DNA of 63,652 nucleotides, the filler included, from Octopus bimaculoides (Eukaryota): NCBI RefSeq assembly GCF_001194135.2. It is 6 parts of 6 records of this genome, joined end to end, with 100 filler letters (N's around TTAATTAATTAA, not from the genome) between each part and the next. Parts side by side here need not be neighbours in the genome. Positions count along the whole stretch, not along the records: positions 1 to 28,885 come from NC_068987.1; positions 28,986 to 40,350 come from NC_068986.1; 4 more parts are not named here. The stretch is one strand, 5' to 3'. Every line of letters begins with the position of its first letter. The stretch's first letter is position 1. Below the pieces are notes generated by a model. The model made no database searches. It saw nothing but the letters and a program-made list of their open reading frames with translations, and was not told the origin of the DNA. The position numbers and the translations under genes were made by a program. Below are positions 25,908-37,074 of this stretch, one piece after another.

Positions 25908-27496
25908 TTCCCCCTACAGATAATACTATAGTACACGTCAGAATTGTTGAAAAATATACCTGTTGTGGTCTGAGAAGCGTTTTTGTAGGATATGCATGAA
26001 ACTACTAGACTAGTAGCAACATTTTTAAAGTTTTTGATGATGCCATAAGAATTTGTAGATTTCCGAGACAACTTCAAATAATTCACTATTGCAACAGTGG
26101 ATGTCGAAGCTCAAACAGCTATAAATAATAGCTTGTAAGTGTTTTTCACCTGAACCTTACATACCATTTTTAATGATTATACGTGCTTTCAGACCTGCCG
26201 TTCCAATAAAACTCAATTTTATTTCCTACACTCAATTTATATTTATATTTCATGAAAGGCTCTACACGTCCTTTTCCTAAATATACTAAAATATGTGGGC
26301 AACAATTGTTGTATAGCTTCTAGTTAGTACGTATCCCATTTAAAATCAACGTAGTTTCACTGTAATTATTCAATCTTTTTTTTCTTTTTGTTTTTTTGCA
26401 GTATAGTGTATATAGAAATATATAATCCAATAAGTTATAGATTAACGCTTAATACGCTAGCCTCAGTATAGGGCATCATCACAAAACAATTCTCAACGGA
26501 ATTTAGGACAATTTTATGCAATCTTAGAAAATGATATTTACAAAAATAGCAAAATAATGTCAGCAGAAGAACGTTTTAACTGCTCAAGTTCTTTTGTGGA
26601 TGAAACTAACAACTTTGACAAAGATGCTTAACGACATTGAACGTTAGATACATGAGATACCATATCTAATCTCTAGCACATAGATGAACTCATGTTATAT
26701 ACGGCAATTAAAGGAAATAACTGTAACAAAATGACATAGTGTGCATGAGAGCATCTTTTGACTCTGTTACATAATTCTACTATTTTATTTTCAATTTACG
26801 ACAAAATGCAAAGTAACTCCTCACTTGCTAAACGAAATCGAAGTTTTAATATATCAATAATTCTACCAGTACAACTAGGTTAATGATAATATAACGAATC
26901 TTAGTATACTGTATTACACCTTTTATTTCGTGTTAGAGAAAAGTGTATATGCCAAGAATGAACTCGCAATCCCAGGGAAAGAAGGTTTCAGGTGTGTTGA
27001 ACTATTGATTATAAAAACAAGAATATACACACATACACACACGCGTATGTATGCATGTATGTATGTTTGTATGTATGTATGTATATCACGGAATTTAAAT
27101 ATTTATGTTGCAGTGAATTGTCTTACGAATAATATAAATAATTTAGATGTTGAATCTACAATAGGTTGTGTCTTCGATATCGTTCTATTGCTTATTGGTT
27201 AACTGTCATACAAATAATACAACGTTACTTGTGTAATAAATATTATCTCCGATTTCATATCATGGTTAAAAGTTAAGATTAGTTTGTCTAAAGTATTACA
27301 TACCATTAGCAGAATGATACTATTGTAGTAAATTATCTAAAGTCAAAGAAGTATTGTGTGTACTTAAAATTCATCATCAAAATGCTACAGATATCAAAAT
27401 ATATTATAGTATGTAAAATGAATGAGTCAATGAACATAACGGGATAGAAAGCTTCCATGATAAATATCTTGATTTTTTTAGAAATATTTAGATAGA

Positions 27497-27945
27497 GGTG
27501 TAGGCATGGCTGTGTGGTAAGGAGCTTGTTTCTCAACTACATGGTTCTGGGTTCAGTCCCACTGCATGGAATATAACTTACTCCTTGGGCAATTGTTTTC
27601 TACATACTTTACCCTCAGCCGACCAAAGCCAGAAACTGAAAGAAACCCGTGATATGTGTGTGCGTGTATTATATATATANNNNNNNNNNTATACATATGC
27701 GAGTGTGTGTGTGCCTGTGTTTGTGTGCCTTTGTATCTGTGTTTGGCCTCCTCTACTGCTTGACAATCGGCTTTAGAGACTGTTCATATGCATTTAGCTT
27801 ATAGCTTATCGGTTCGGAAGATAGCAAAAAGAAGAAAAACGATAGAATAAATACCAGGTTTAACAAACAATAATTACTGAGATCGATACGTTCGACTAAA
27901 TATTCCCCGTGGCAGTGCCCCTCCTCTATGACTGAGATGTTTAAA
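27497..27945 (+). mobile_element. Bipartite tRNA/CORE-type SINE (family A) with internal microsatellite
   Basis: tggctgtgtggtaag...gggttcagtcccactgc...ccttgggcaa (CORE-like), internal (TA/GT)n with a gap, then 3' half gcttgacaatcg...cggttcgg..gatagaata. Confidence 0.75.
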
Positions 27946-28041
27946 AAATAGAAGATTATCTGAAAAAGCTTACTCTTTTCTTAAGTTGTGAACTGGTTAT
28001 CCGAGAGTAAACTGTATGTTATCCCTATACGAGAGAACAAA

Positions 28042-28440
28042 GGCAGCGAGCTGGCAGAAACGTTAACATTTTGGGCGAAATGCTTAACGGTATTTCATCT
28101 GGCGCTACGTCCTGAGTTCAAATTCTGCCGGGGTCGACTTCAACTTTCATCCTTTCGGAGTCGATAAATTAAGTACCAGTTACGCACTGGAGTCGATGTA
28201 ATGACTTACCCCCTTTGTCTTTCATTGTTTGTCTCCTCTATGTGTAGCCCCGCGTGGGCAAGAATGAAATAAGAAACGTTAGCACGCCGAGCGAAATATT
28301 TGGCAGTATTTCGTCTGTCTTTACATTCTGAGTTCAAATTCCGCCAAGGTCGACTTTGCCTCTCATTCTTTCGGGGTCGATAAATTAATCGACTTTCCCT
28401 CTCCGCTAAAATTTCGTGCCTTGTGCCCATAAAAGAAAAG
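28042..28440 (+). mobile_element. Dimeric tRNA-headed SINE (same architecture as 25477-25907)
   Basis: Monomer 1 at 28042-28272 (tail X), junction gaaataagaaacgttagcacgcc, monomer 2 ending aaaatttcgtgccttgtgccc (tail Y). Confidence 0.85.
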
Positions 28441-28773
28441 ACTATACGAGATAACGAACACGTGAACGCTAGTTCATTGATTTGATGTTCTTGCTTGGCT
28501 ACTGCGCTATATGGACACAAGATTCCACGAAATCCTTTGTAACGTATGCCACAACATTACATTAACAAAGTTTAATTGGATTATACGTGTGTGTCTTCAG
28601 TTGGTATATAAGGAGAAAAGAAGTGAGTGAAAAAGAAATAGAAAGACAAGGAGAAGGAAAATGAGGGATACATAGCAACAGCGATATATTGTCTAAAAGA
28701 AGGGCGGATTCCTTATATGTATATACATACATATGTGAGTGTATGTCGTTTGTGCCCGTGTGTAGCATACATA

Positions 28774-28815
<42 letters not shown>

Positions 28816-29296
28816 CACAAACGCATATTAGGGTATCTATGTATGTGTAATGTCTTTCAGTTTTCCCTTTCTCTCTCTCTCTCTCNNNNNNNNNNNNNNN
28901 NNNNNNNNNNNNNNNNNNNNNNNNNNNNNTTAATTAATTAANNNNNNNNNNNNNNNNNNNNNNNNNNNNNNNNNNNNNNNNNNNNCTGTTGCAATGTTAA
29001 TTTAAATTTGGCTATAGTTGATCGAATCCACTTCATGCATGTAAGATCCACTACATATCCACCAATTTCTTTCATATTAAATAACTAACTAAAGGCATCT
29101 GGAAAATATTAAACTGCTGTCAGAGAAAACCTATTGTTCCACCGTGGGAAAAGTTCTGTTGCAATGTTAATTTAAATTTGGCTATAGTTGATCGAATCCA
29201 CTTCATGCATGTAAGATCCACTACATATCCACCAATTTCTTTCATATTAAATAACTATATAACTGTAATCTACACATTCTGAAAGGTATTTTTATC

Positions 29297-29541
29297 GGTA
29301 ATCTTCAAGTTTAGGGGGATAAAAAAAAATTAAAAAAATTCAAGGGAAATAACTGAACGACTTACCAGTATTATCCGTTTTCTTCTAGCTGTTTATAAAT
29401 AAATCACACCCTAACCCTAACGTGAATCAAATCACGTGCGTGATTTATTTATAAACAGAGATGTACGGAGAATACTGGTAAGACGTTCAGTTACTTCCCT
29501 TGAATATTTTTTTTTTTATCCCCCTAAACCTGAAGATTACC
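29297..29541. mobile_element. 245-bp palindromic MITE, Merlin-like (GG termini, 8-bp TSD)
   Basis: Termini GGTAATCTTCA...TGAAGATTACC; arms ~110 bp; TSD tttttatc at 29289-29296 and 29542-29549. Confidence 0.85.
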
Positions 29542-29553
29542 TTTTTATCTTCT

Positions 29554-29740
29554 ACTTGTTTCAATCATTAGGCTGAGGCGACGCCTTGAAGAATTTTCAG
29601 TCAAATGTATCGACCCCAGTACTTATGTTTTTGTTAAAGCCTAGTAATTATTCTATCGGTCTTTATTGTCGAACCGCTAAGTTACAGGAGCATAAATACA
29701 CCAGCACGTTGTCAAGCGATGTGGAGGACAAACAAACACA
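29554..29740 (-). mobile_element. Family A SINE 3' half
   Basis: Reverse complement matches the 3' half of 42517-42817 and 38810-38970 (cgcttgacaac..gctggtg..gtaacttagcggttcg..gatagaataa). Confidence 0.8.
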
Positions 29741-29741
29741 C

Positions 29742-29892
29742 ACATCATCATCATCGTTTGACGTCCACTTTCCATGCTGGCATGGGTTGGACGGTTTGAC
29801 GGGAAACTGGTAAGCTGGGGGGCTGTACCAGGTTTCAGTCTGATTTGGCAAGGTTTCTACAGTTGCATGCCCTTCCTAACGCCAACCACTCG
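29742..29892 (+). repeat. Interspersed repeat family C (starts at (CAT)n)
   Basis: catcatcatcgtttgacgtcc..ttccatgctggcatgggttggacg...atgcccttcctaacgccaaccac. Homologous to 40170-40350, and more distantly to 39905-40020. Confidence 0.75.
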
Positions 29893-32800
29893 GTCGTTCA
29901 AACCACCGCGATCAACAGGTGCGAAAACAGGTTTTCTTTGTCCTGTCAAAAAGTGAGTGTTGATCTCCCTTTGACCTTCGACCTAAGGCCATGTCAGGCG
30001 GAGTTCAAATGGACACAATTCTTATAAATTCAGTGGTCAACAAAACAAGGGAGAGAAGACCCTAGGCAGCCAAACGAGGAAGGTCTGCTACATGACAGCT
30101 TTTCTCAGAGACCAGAGCAATGTTGGAAGTTCCACGGTAGACTACTGTATCAGATGAACTGCGTACACACACACAAACATATATTCAATTGTGACATATC
30201 ATTTCCACAGATGTACCCTGTTTCTATTTCTAGCAACTCGTAGCAGTTGTCAACTTTATGCATGTAGTGAAGAATTATGTGTACCAACGACAAATTATGT
30301 CCGGTGAATAAATTATTTTTAATTATGAATCCATTCACTCATTTGTTTACTTCAAAGGCACACACATTCCTTTTGCATCTGTTTACCATGATACACATTT
30401 AACCACTACAGATGTAATAATAATAAAAAAAACCTTTTTCTGGATTCGAATATGAACATTGTTTTGTATAATCAGTGAACAGAAAGAAGGACTGATGATG
30501 CGTCAAGGTTCAATGTAGTTTTATTACATATATTTTTGGATCCTTTAATAATTTCAAGAGAAATTTAATTTAATTAATCTACTTTGCTTTTTTTTTTTGC
30601 TTTTCAAATCATATAAAGGAAGCGTTTACAAAACACCATTGGGGAAAGGTGAGGTACAATCGTTGGGAACCTCAGTACAAGAGTATTCATAGAAATGGTT
30701 CATAAAATAAAATATTACTAATGTTGTTACTGTAGTTATTCAACTACAAGTCAGTTTTATTGAGTAGAGTCGTGATGAAATGTGTTTTTGTCATTTCGAA
30801 AGTAGAATATGATATAAGGCAGATTGATTGCTATTTTTTGAACGGGTTAATCAACTTCGCTGTCATGAGCAACCTGTGGTCCGTGAGACTTTCTTAATTG
30901 CACGCCTAATGAAAAATTTCCTTTGCTTTTTAGGAGTGGCCTGCTCATGAAAAGGTGCCTATGCTTGAAGTAGAAGCTGCATTTGCTATTGTTTATTTTC
31001 AGGTGAGCCCTGATCGAACAGATCCATGATTAAATGCATTCCAGCCGTGACCATCTTATCTATTATTCGGATACAATATCTGTAGGACTTCACCACTCAG
31101 TGTGTTCGGTTATTTCTCAGACAACATGGGTCATTTAAGGTAGATTTAGCTGCTATTTCATGGACTATAATCATGTACACTATACATAGAGATAGCGAAT
31201 TGTCTCCCTTAGTTTAGTAACTCTTCTAGTTTTAGTTACTTGTGTCACTGTCAAAATATTTATTTCACAATGGTCTGTGAAAAATGTACGTATTCTTACT
31301 ATTTCTAAATGTATATTATTTTTTAAGTGTACCAGTTTCTTATATTTTATTAACAAGATCACTAATAGAGCGTTTAATATTGTTATGTTATTTGAACCAA
31401 CCGATATTAATTATTGCTGTTTTTTTTTATGCTATTTATTTTCATGTCAACCACTGAGTGGAACTTATGATAAGAGTATCTGGGAGACTATTATTTAAGG
31501 TTTCTTTTCCGCTAACTTAGCTGATATTTCTAGGGACTACTAAGTATTTAGGAACAACGTATTTCTAAACCTAAGGATAATGGAAGCCTCTTCCAGTTTT
31601 TACTAAGAAATATTCGATAGTGTTGAGTTTAGTGGAAAAAGTACTTACAATCTCTGTAATATTTTTTTTTTTTTGTATTTGTGATCAAAGTACTTACAGG
31701 TGAATTGTTTACAAAATACCTATACGTCACATGAACATTTGATGGTGACAGTTGAGCAAATTATTATTGTTACTGCGTTACGAATTATTTAGTATCTACC
31801 AACAAATAAGTTCAAGACGTTATGATTTTTACACTTACACGTAGTGACTCCCAAAATATTTCGTCGTTCTTCCACTCTTTACATTTCATTTCTTGTAACA
31901 TTACATAGAAATATTGAGCCAATGAGGGAACTCTCAAGTGGTTGTTCGACTTGCTACAAATGATAATCAGTCTTCCATCAATTTATACCATCTTTAAAAC
32001 AGGAAGGATATATTGGATAATGTAGTCTTAGATCTATTATGCCTGAAAGGAAAATTGGGAAAAAGATAAAAGAGATGACCACGGCCTAAACTCCTTTGTT
32101 CATAGGTCATCTTTATCAAGGATGACCTGGAGCTTTCCAGCGATCAGAGTAGTGAGTGGATTTACAGAACACTACAGAAAAAAAAAGATTTTCCAAGTGA
32201 TAACAATACATTCCACAGCTCTATTTGACTACCTCTACTCATAATGACCCCATAAATTAATCGGTCTTGCAGTATATTGGTAGTTGTGCCCTTATAGGGA
32301 ATCAAAACTCTCAATGAAAAACATTCACAAACAAGGAAAATCTGATGTGATCACTTCACCTGGTGAAAATAGCAGCTAAATCTCCCTCACATCACACTTT
32401 ATCGTTTTTCAAAAAAGAAAAAAAAAAGTACACAAATGCAGTTCCTGGTGTACAAATAGATGGGATTGTCATGGCTGGGATGCCTTTAATGACCAGACTG
32501 ACTTGGGGCTCAACAATGACAATGAAACAATTTGCAACAGTTGAATATTTGTGTGTATGTGTACATACATACATACATATATAAGAACCAAGTTAAAAAT
32601 AATTGTCTTTACATATTTTTCTTTTCTTGGGACAAATTTAGCTTAGATACTGATAAGTTGACTCAGTTGGTCTATTGATCAATTGAGGAAAATTCAAGAG
32701 CACTGAAGGAATTGCTATTGTATGGGGGAAGGGAGGAGAAGATGATGGAAAGATGCAAGTAGAATAGAGAACAAAGGGGTGGAAGGAGATAAGGGTGTGG

Positions 32801-33602
32801 TATTAGAGTCACTTAATAGAAGCAGGGGCATTATATTGCCAAAATTTGGAAGAGGAACAGTCCTAAGACATTAGTGTTTGTAGTCAGGTCAACACACATT
32901 ACCATATTAGCATTGTATATAGATTAGATATTCTCTAACCATTGTGTTGAAATTTGATATTGGCTTTTTATGGACATGGTCAGTCTCAGATTAATGTTCA
33001 GTTGTTGCTATCTGGTATAATAGGGATATTATATTAGAAAATAAAGGGATATCATTTCTAGTTATATTGTAGAGGTCAGGAATGCTCTTACTATCCAGGA
33101 TATAAATACTGATAGATTGAGAGATGCTGTTACAAATGGGATGATGTCAAGTAGTTGAAAATTAATTGTAAATTCAGACTAACCTGGTAAGACTGGTTTT
33201 AAAATTTTAAACTAGTAAAAAGGGTTACAGATCAAAATTTGAACTAAAGTTAAAGTTTATACATGTAACGTTAGAGCAAACTAAGATATAAAAGTATTGA
33301 AATAAATTTGCAGAGTAATGTGTGATACCAGAATAATGATGGTGACAGCATCAATGACATCAATATCAATAATATTAATAAAATAATATTACAAAGTGAT
33401 AGAAAAAAATAATAACTATAGGATAATATTAGAACAACAATAAGAACGTAAGGATCACAATAATAATGGAATAAAAATAAAAAATTAAAAGTTAAAAATT
33501 GAAGAATTAAAAAGATTAAAATCTTAAAAGAATAAAGTAAAATAAAATTTAAGTTTTAAAATGTTTTAAACCCATGGAAATATATATGTGTGTGTGTGTG
33601 TG

Positions 33603-33636
<34 letters not shown>

Positions 33637-33786
33637 GCACACACACACACACACAGAATAGGTAAACCTAAGTAAAATAAAATAAATTAATGTAAACTTT
33701 CAAATATTTTAGTCTTTAAAATATAGTGAAATGAAACTAAATAAAATAGCCATTCCTTCAGTGCTCTGCTGGTTATAACTAGAAAT

Positions 33787-33904
33787 GGCTCTGATGAAAC
33801 TAGCATTAATTTTCTTAGGTTGTTCAATTTTCCTCAATCATTCAATAGACCAATTGAGTAAACTTATGTGTATCTATAATGACTACTGGAAACTGCTGTA
33901 AGCC
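33787..33904 (+). ncRNA. Hammerhead-like motif (family H3) in a decayed PLE-type terminal repeat
   Basis: GGCU-CUGAUGA-(91 nt)-GAAA-CUGCUG-UA-AGCC. Stem I GGCU/AGCC is perfect. A partial inverted copy of this repeat lies at ~32640-32712. Confidence 0.5.
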
Positions 33905-34170
33905 AAATTTGCTCCAATAACGAAAAATATGTAATGACCATTATTTCTAACTTGTTTCTTATATATCACTCTGTGTAAAAACAAGTTTATCTGGAGCCCA
34001 TCTATGGATTTACGATATAGAATTCTGATGAACCATAGCCTTGGGCCCTATCATGAGATTACCTGGAGTTCTTCACTAACCTAAGTAATATTGTTAGTCT
34101 GGTGTGTCAAACAGAGATCTTATGAAGCATTTTGCCTGAATTGATAATCCCTCACTATTTGTTATAGATA

Positions 34171-34702
34171 TCTTATATATATAGAACTGAGAATGTGTCT
34201 GTATGTGCGCATCACTAAAACTCGAGAACTACCCAACAGATTTCATTCAAATTTTACACATGTCTTACTTAGGGTCCATGCAGTGTCATAGGCCAAAAAA
34301 AATTTTCAACTTCTTGCCAAATATGAGCCTAGAGCAATCTCTTATCTCTTACTGTGTTTCCGACTTACATGTCAGAAGTGAAGCAATAACATCTCTTTTA
34401 ATACTGTCACTGAAAGAAAACTGTCGTATATATGTGTATATTTGTGTGAGTGTGTGTCTGTGTTTGTACTCCCCACCATTGCTTGACAACCAATGTTGCT
34501 GTGTTTACATTCCCATAACTTAGTAGTTCGGAAAAAGTTACTGATAGAATAAGTACTAGGCTTACAAAGAATAAATCCTGTGTTCAATTTTTTCAACCAA
34601 ATGTGGTGCTCCAGCATTGCCACAGTCACATGACTGAAACAAGCAAAACAATAAAGAAACTATACCATTTTAATCCCGAGCAAAGCCAGGTGTCTCTGCT
34701 AG
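34171..34702 (+). mobile_element. Non-autonomous Helitron containing a family A SINE 3' half
   Basis: A|TC start, 3' hairpin cccgagcaaagccagg, CTAG|T end. Body homologous to 37075-37330 (ctaaaactcgagaactac...atttcattcaaattttacacatg). Confidence 0.75.
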
Positions 34703-35326
34703 TATATATATATATATATATATATAAAGGGATATATTATCCTGGTGGTTACTGTGTTTCCTCTTAATTCAGTTTCAGATGCCAACTAACCACTATGGTC
34801 CTTTTGTGATACCCAAGCTAACAATAAGTTGCTAGGCTCTGGTAATTTTTCTCACTGGGTAAATCCGAATGTCCTATTCAGGACTGCATAATTTCAGTAG
34901 AGTAAGTAATAGTATTAATAATGATATGGAGAACAGAGATTTTTCACATCCATAATTCTATTTAACAGTTATTTACAACATCCTTCACTGAACCTGCATG
35001 TGTTTCAATTGCATTGACTGTGCACTGTTGGATATGCAACCTGGTGTCATGGTTGGTGCAGTTTCATCAGGGTCCTTACTCGCTGCCATTTTGAAGTGAA
35101 ACTGAAGGAATCAGCAAATTGAATGAAGTGTTTTTTAGGAGGTGTTGGTGTTACTGTTAATAGCTGTAGGAATCTTGACCTTGGGTTCTCCACTAAATGC
35201 GGTACGTGAAACGAAACAGTCCTAAAAATAGGTCAATGTTGGAATGAATGTTTATGTAGATTTATCATTAATGCTCAAAGTTTAACCATTCCACCTGTTT
35301 CAAAGAGAATATTATTAGTGTAGAGG

Positions 35327-35404
35327 ACTACTCGGGCATATGGCGTAGTGGTTAAGAGCGCGGGCTACTAACCCCAAGATTCCAAGTTTGATTCCAGGCA
35401 GTGA

Positions 35405-35440
<36 letters not shown>

Positions 35441-35577
35441 CAACATCGAAAAATACCATAGGAATGAGAACCCTGGTTCGAAATTTCCCCAAGATGAAGG
35501 CTGGAGGGTATATCAGCCAAAACGTTGTGTTAACAACAAACAAGATGAGGACAAATATCTGTCAAATGTAAATAATG
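35327..35577 (+). mobile_element. Solo tRNA-head/(AAT)n/hammerhead cassette (solo pLTR or SINE-like) with 11-bp TSD
   Basis: TSD tagtgtagagg at 35316-35326 and 35578-35588. Sequence homologous to 19463-19711. A box TGGCGTAGTGG, B-box-like GTTTGATTCC. HHR remnant at ~35491-35531 (gaUGA-A-GGCUG..CAGCC-AAAA-CG-UU-GUGUU). Confidence 0.88.
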
Positions 35578-36048
35578 TAGTGTAGAGGTATTCAATCATG
35601 TTTGATTTATTTTTTGGTTCTTGGTTTCACAATTGTTATTTTAATAATTTTTGTTATTATATAAAGTGTAAAAATTATTAGAATAAAAATTGTTAAACCA
35701 AGGACCAGAAAATAAGTCAAACATGATTGAATAACTCTAAACTAAGGATATTCTCCCTCATATCTACATAGTTGAGTCAAAAGGTAATACAAATAAAAAC
35801 TGCATTACTTTCTGACTCACCCTTGTATAAAAGACTTCTGTGCAATTTCGATCTCTCAAACTGGGTTTATGGCTTCAGAATGAATGTTTTAACTACACAG
35901 CCATTCCCTAGTGATATAACCTAACGTCATAAAGCATTTGGTCCTTTACATTTTCATTTGCTGTTATCCTCATTTTTAGTTTTAATAATAGTTGTTAAGC
36001 ATAGGCGCAAGGTCCACAATGTTTCCAGTGTATTCCTAGTACTTATGT

Positions 36049-36536
36049 CAGTGGTTCTCAAACTTTTTAGAGACACGACCCACTATTTATGACACCAGTT
36101 TATGGTGACCCACTTAACTCTACCGTTTATCAGATAAACTCTATTGATCCATCTACCATCTAGCTGCTGTCTATTCCAATCATTTCATTGGCTAATTAAT
36201 AGCTTCCTGGTGATCACCCCTATACTTTTTTTGAATAATTTATAAACTTCTTAGTGAAATCCATACTGTCTTATTTATTTAAATTTTTTACTATTTATAT
36301 TAAATATGAAACAAAACGGTTTATAACTGTTTCAACGTCTCCATACCCTATGGGCAGGTATTAACTCTAATACAAAACCTTGAAGCAGTAACTGTAATCG
36401 GCTCGATCAGTGTTGTACTGCGCCTAATTAAAGTTCTCTATAAATAGGAAAAAGCCTACTGCTTGATAAAACAACCAGTCTAGGATTCCGTTCGCGACCC
36501 ATCAGTGGGTCGCGACTCATAGTTTGGGAACCACTG
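36049..36536. mobile_element. hAT (Charlie/Buster-like) MITE, 488 bp
   Basis: TIRs CAGTGGTTCTCAAACT / AGTTTGGGAACCACTG; 8-bp TSD acttatgt at 36041-36048 and 36537-36544. Confidence 0.92.
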
Positions 36537-36924
36537 ACTTATGTTATAAAGACCAGACTGATGAAAAGTGAGGTTTACTTTGGTAACATTTCAGCTTGGG
36601 ACACAAAAGTGACCTAACTAAATACTGCAAGTTGTTTTGTCCAGTGCCCCACTGATTTTTCTAGCTATCCAAATTAGAATTTATGAAACTTGAGATTCTG
36701 TTTATAATAATATTAATGTTAAGAAATAATCAAAAAGCATATTACTCTTGATGTTTTAGGTCAGACCAAACTTGGAAAAGTTATCACCCCAGATCCATGG
36801 AAGACAGGAGCCAGAAACACTACAGGTAATTAAGTCATTAAGAAATTGTTTGTCTTACATATATATATATATCTATTATGTGAATGTGTGTGTCTGTGTC
36901 TGTGTGCATGTATATGTGTGTGTG

Positions 36925-37074
36925 TGTGTGGTAAGATGCTTACTTCCCAACCACATGGTTCTGAGTTCACTTCCTCTGCATGACACCTTGGGCAAGTGTC
37001 TACTATAGCCTCAAGCTGATCAAAACCTTGAGTGGATTTGGTAAATGGAGACTGACAGAAGTCTGTTCTGTATA
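36925..37074 (+). mobile_element. Family A SINE 5' half (CpG-decayed)
   Basis: gtgtggtaagatgcttacttcccaaccacatggttctgagttc...caccttgggcaagtgtct..tatagcctc; interrupted at its TA tract. Confidence 0.8.

Noticed and set aside
28930-28941. TTAATTAATTAA islands inside N gaps (also near 40395, 47303, 56887, 60828)
   Set aside because: An identical palindromic 12-mer with stops in all six frames, always centred in a gap: an assembly/scaffolding spacer, not biology.
28986-29257. Exact ~102-bp direct repeat (28986-29087 and 29156-29257)
   Set aside because: The first copy starts at a gap edge and is identical to the second; most likely a contig-overlap artefact.
34770-34910. Candidate exon (ttcag ... 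gtaagt) and other splice-like sites (29953, 31640-31700, 57437)
   Set aside because: Stops in all frames or no recognisable peptide; splice-like motifs alone are expected by chance.
34990-35120. Short minus-strand ORF MAASKDPDETAPTMTPG... with a good start context
   Set aside because: 34 codons, no homology recognised, no supporting exon structure.
35334-35407. tRNA-Ser-like gene (loop CTACTAA) and other tRNA-like heads
   Set aside because: Acceptor stems do not pair and T arms are degenerate; these are SINE/pLTR Pol III heads, not tRNA genes.
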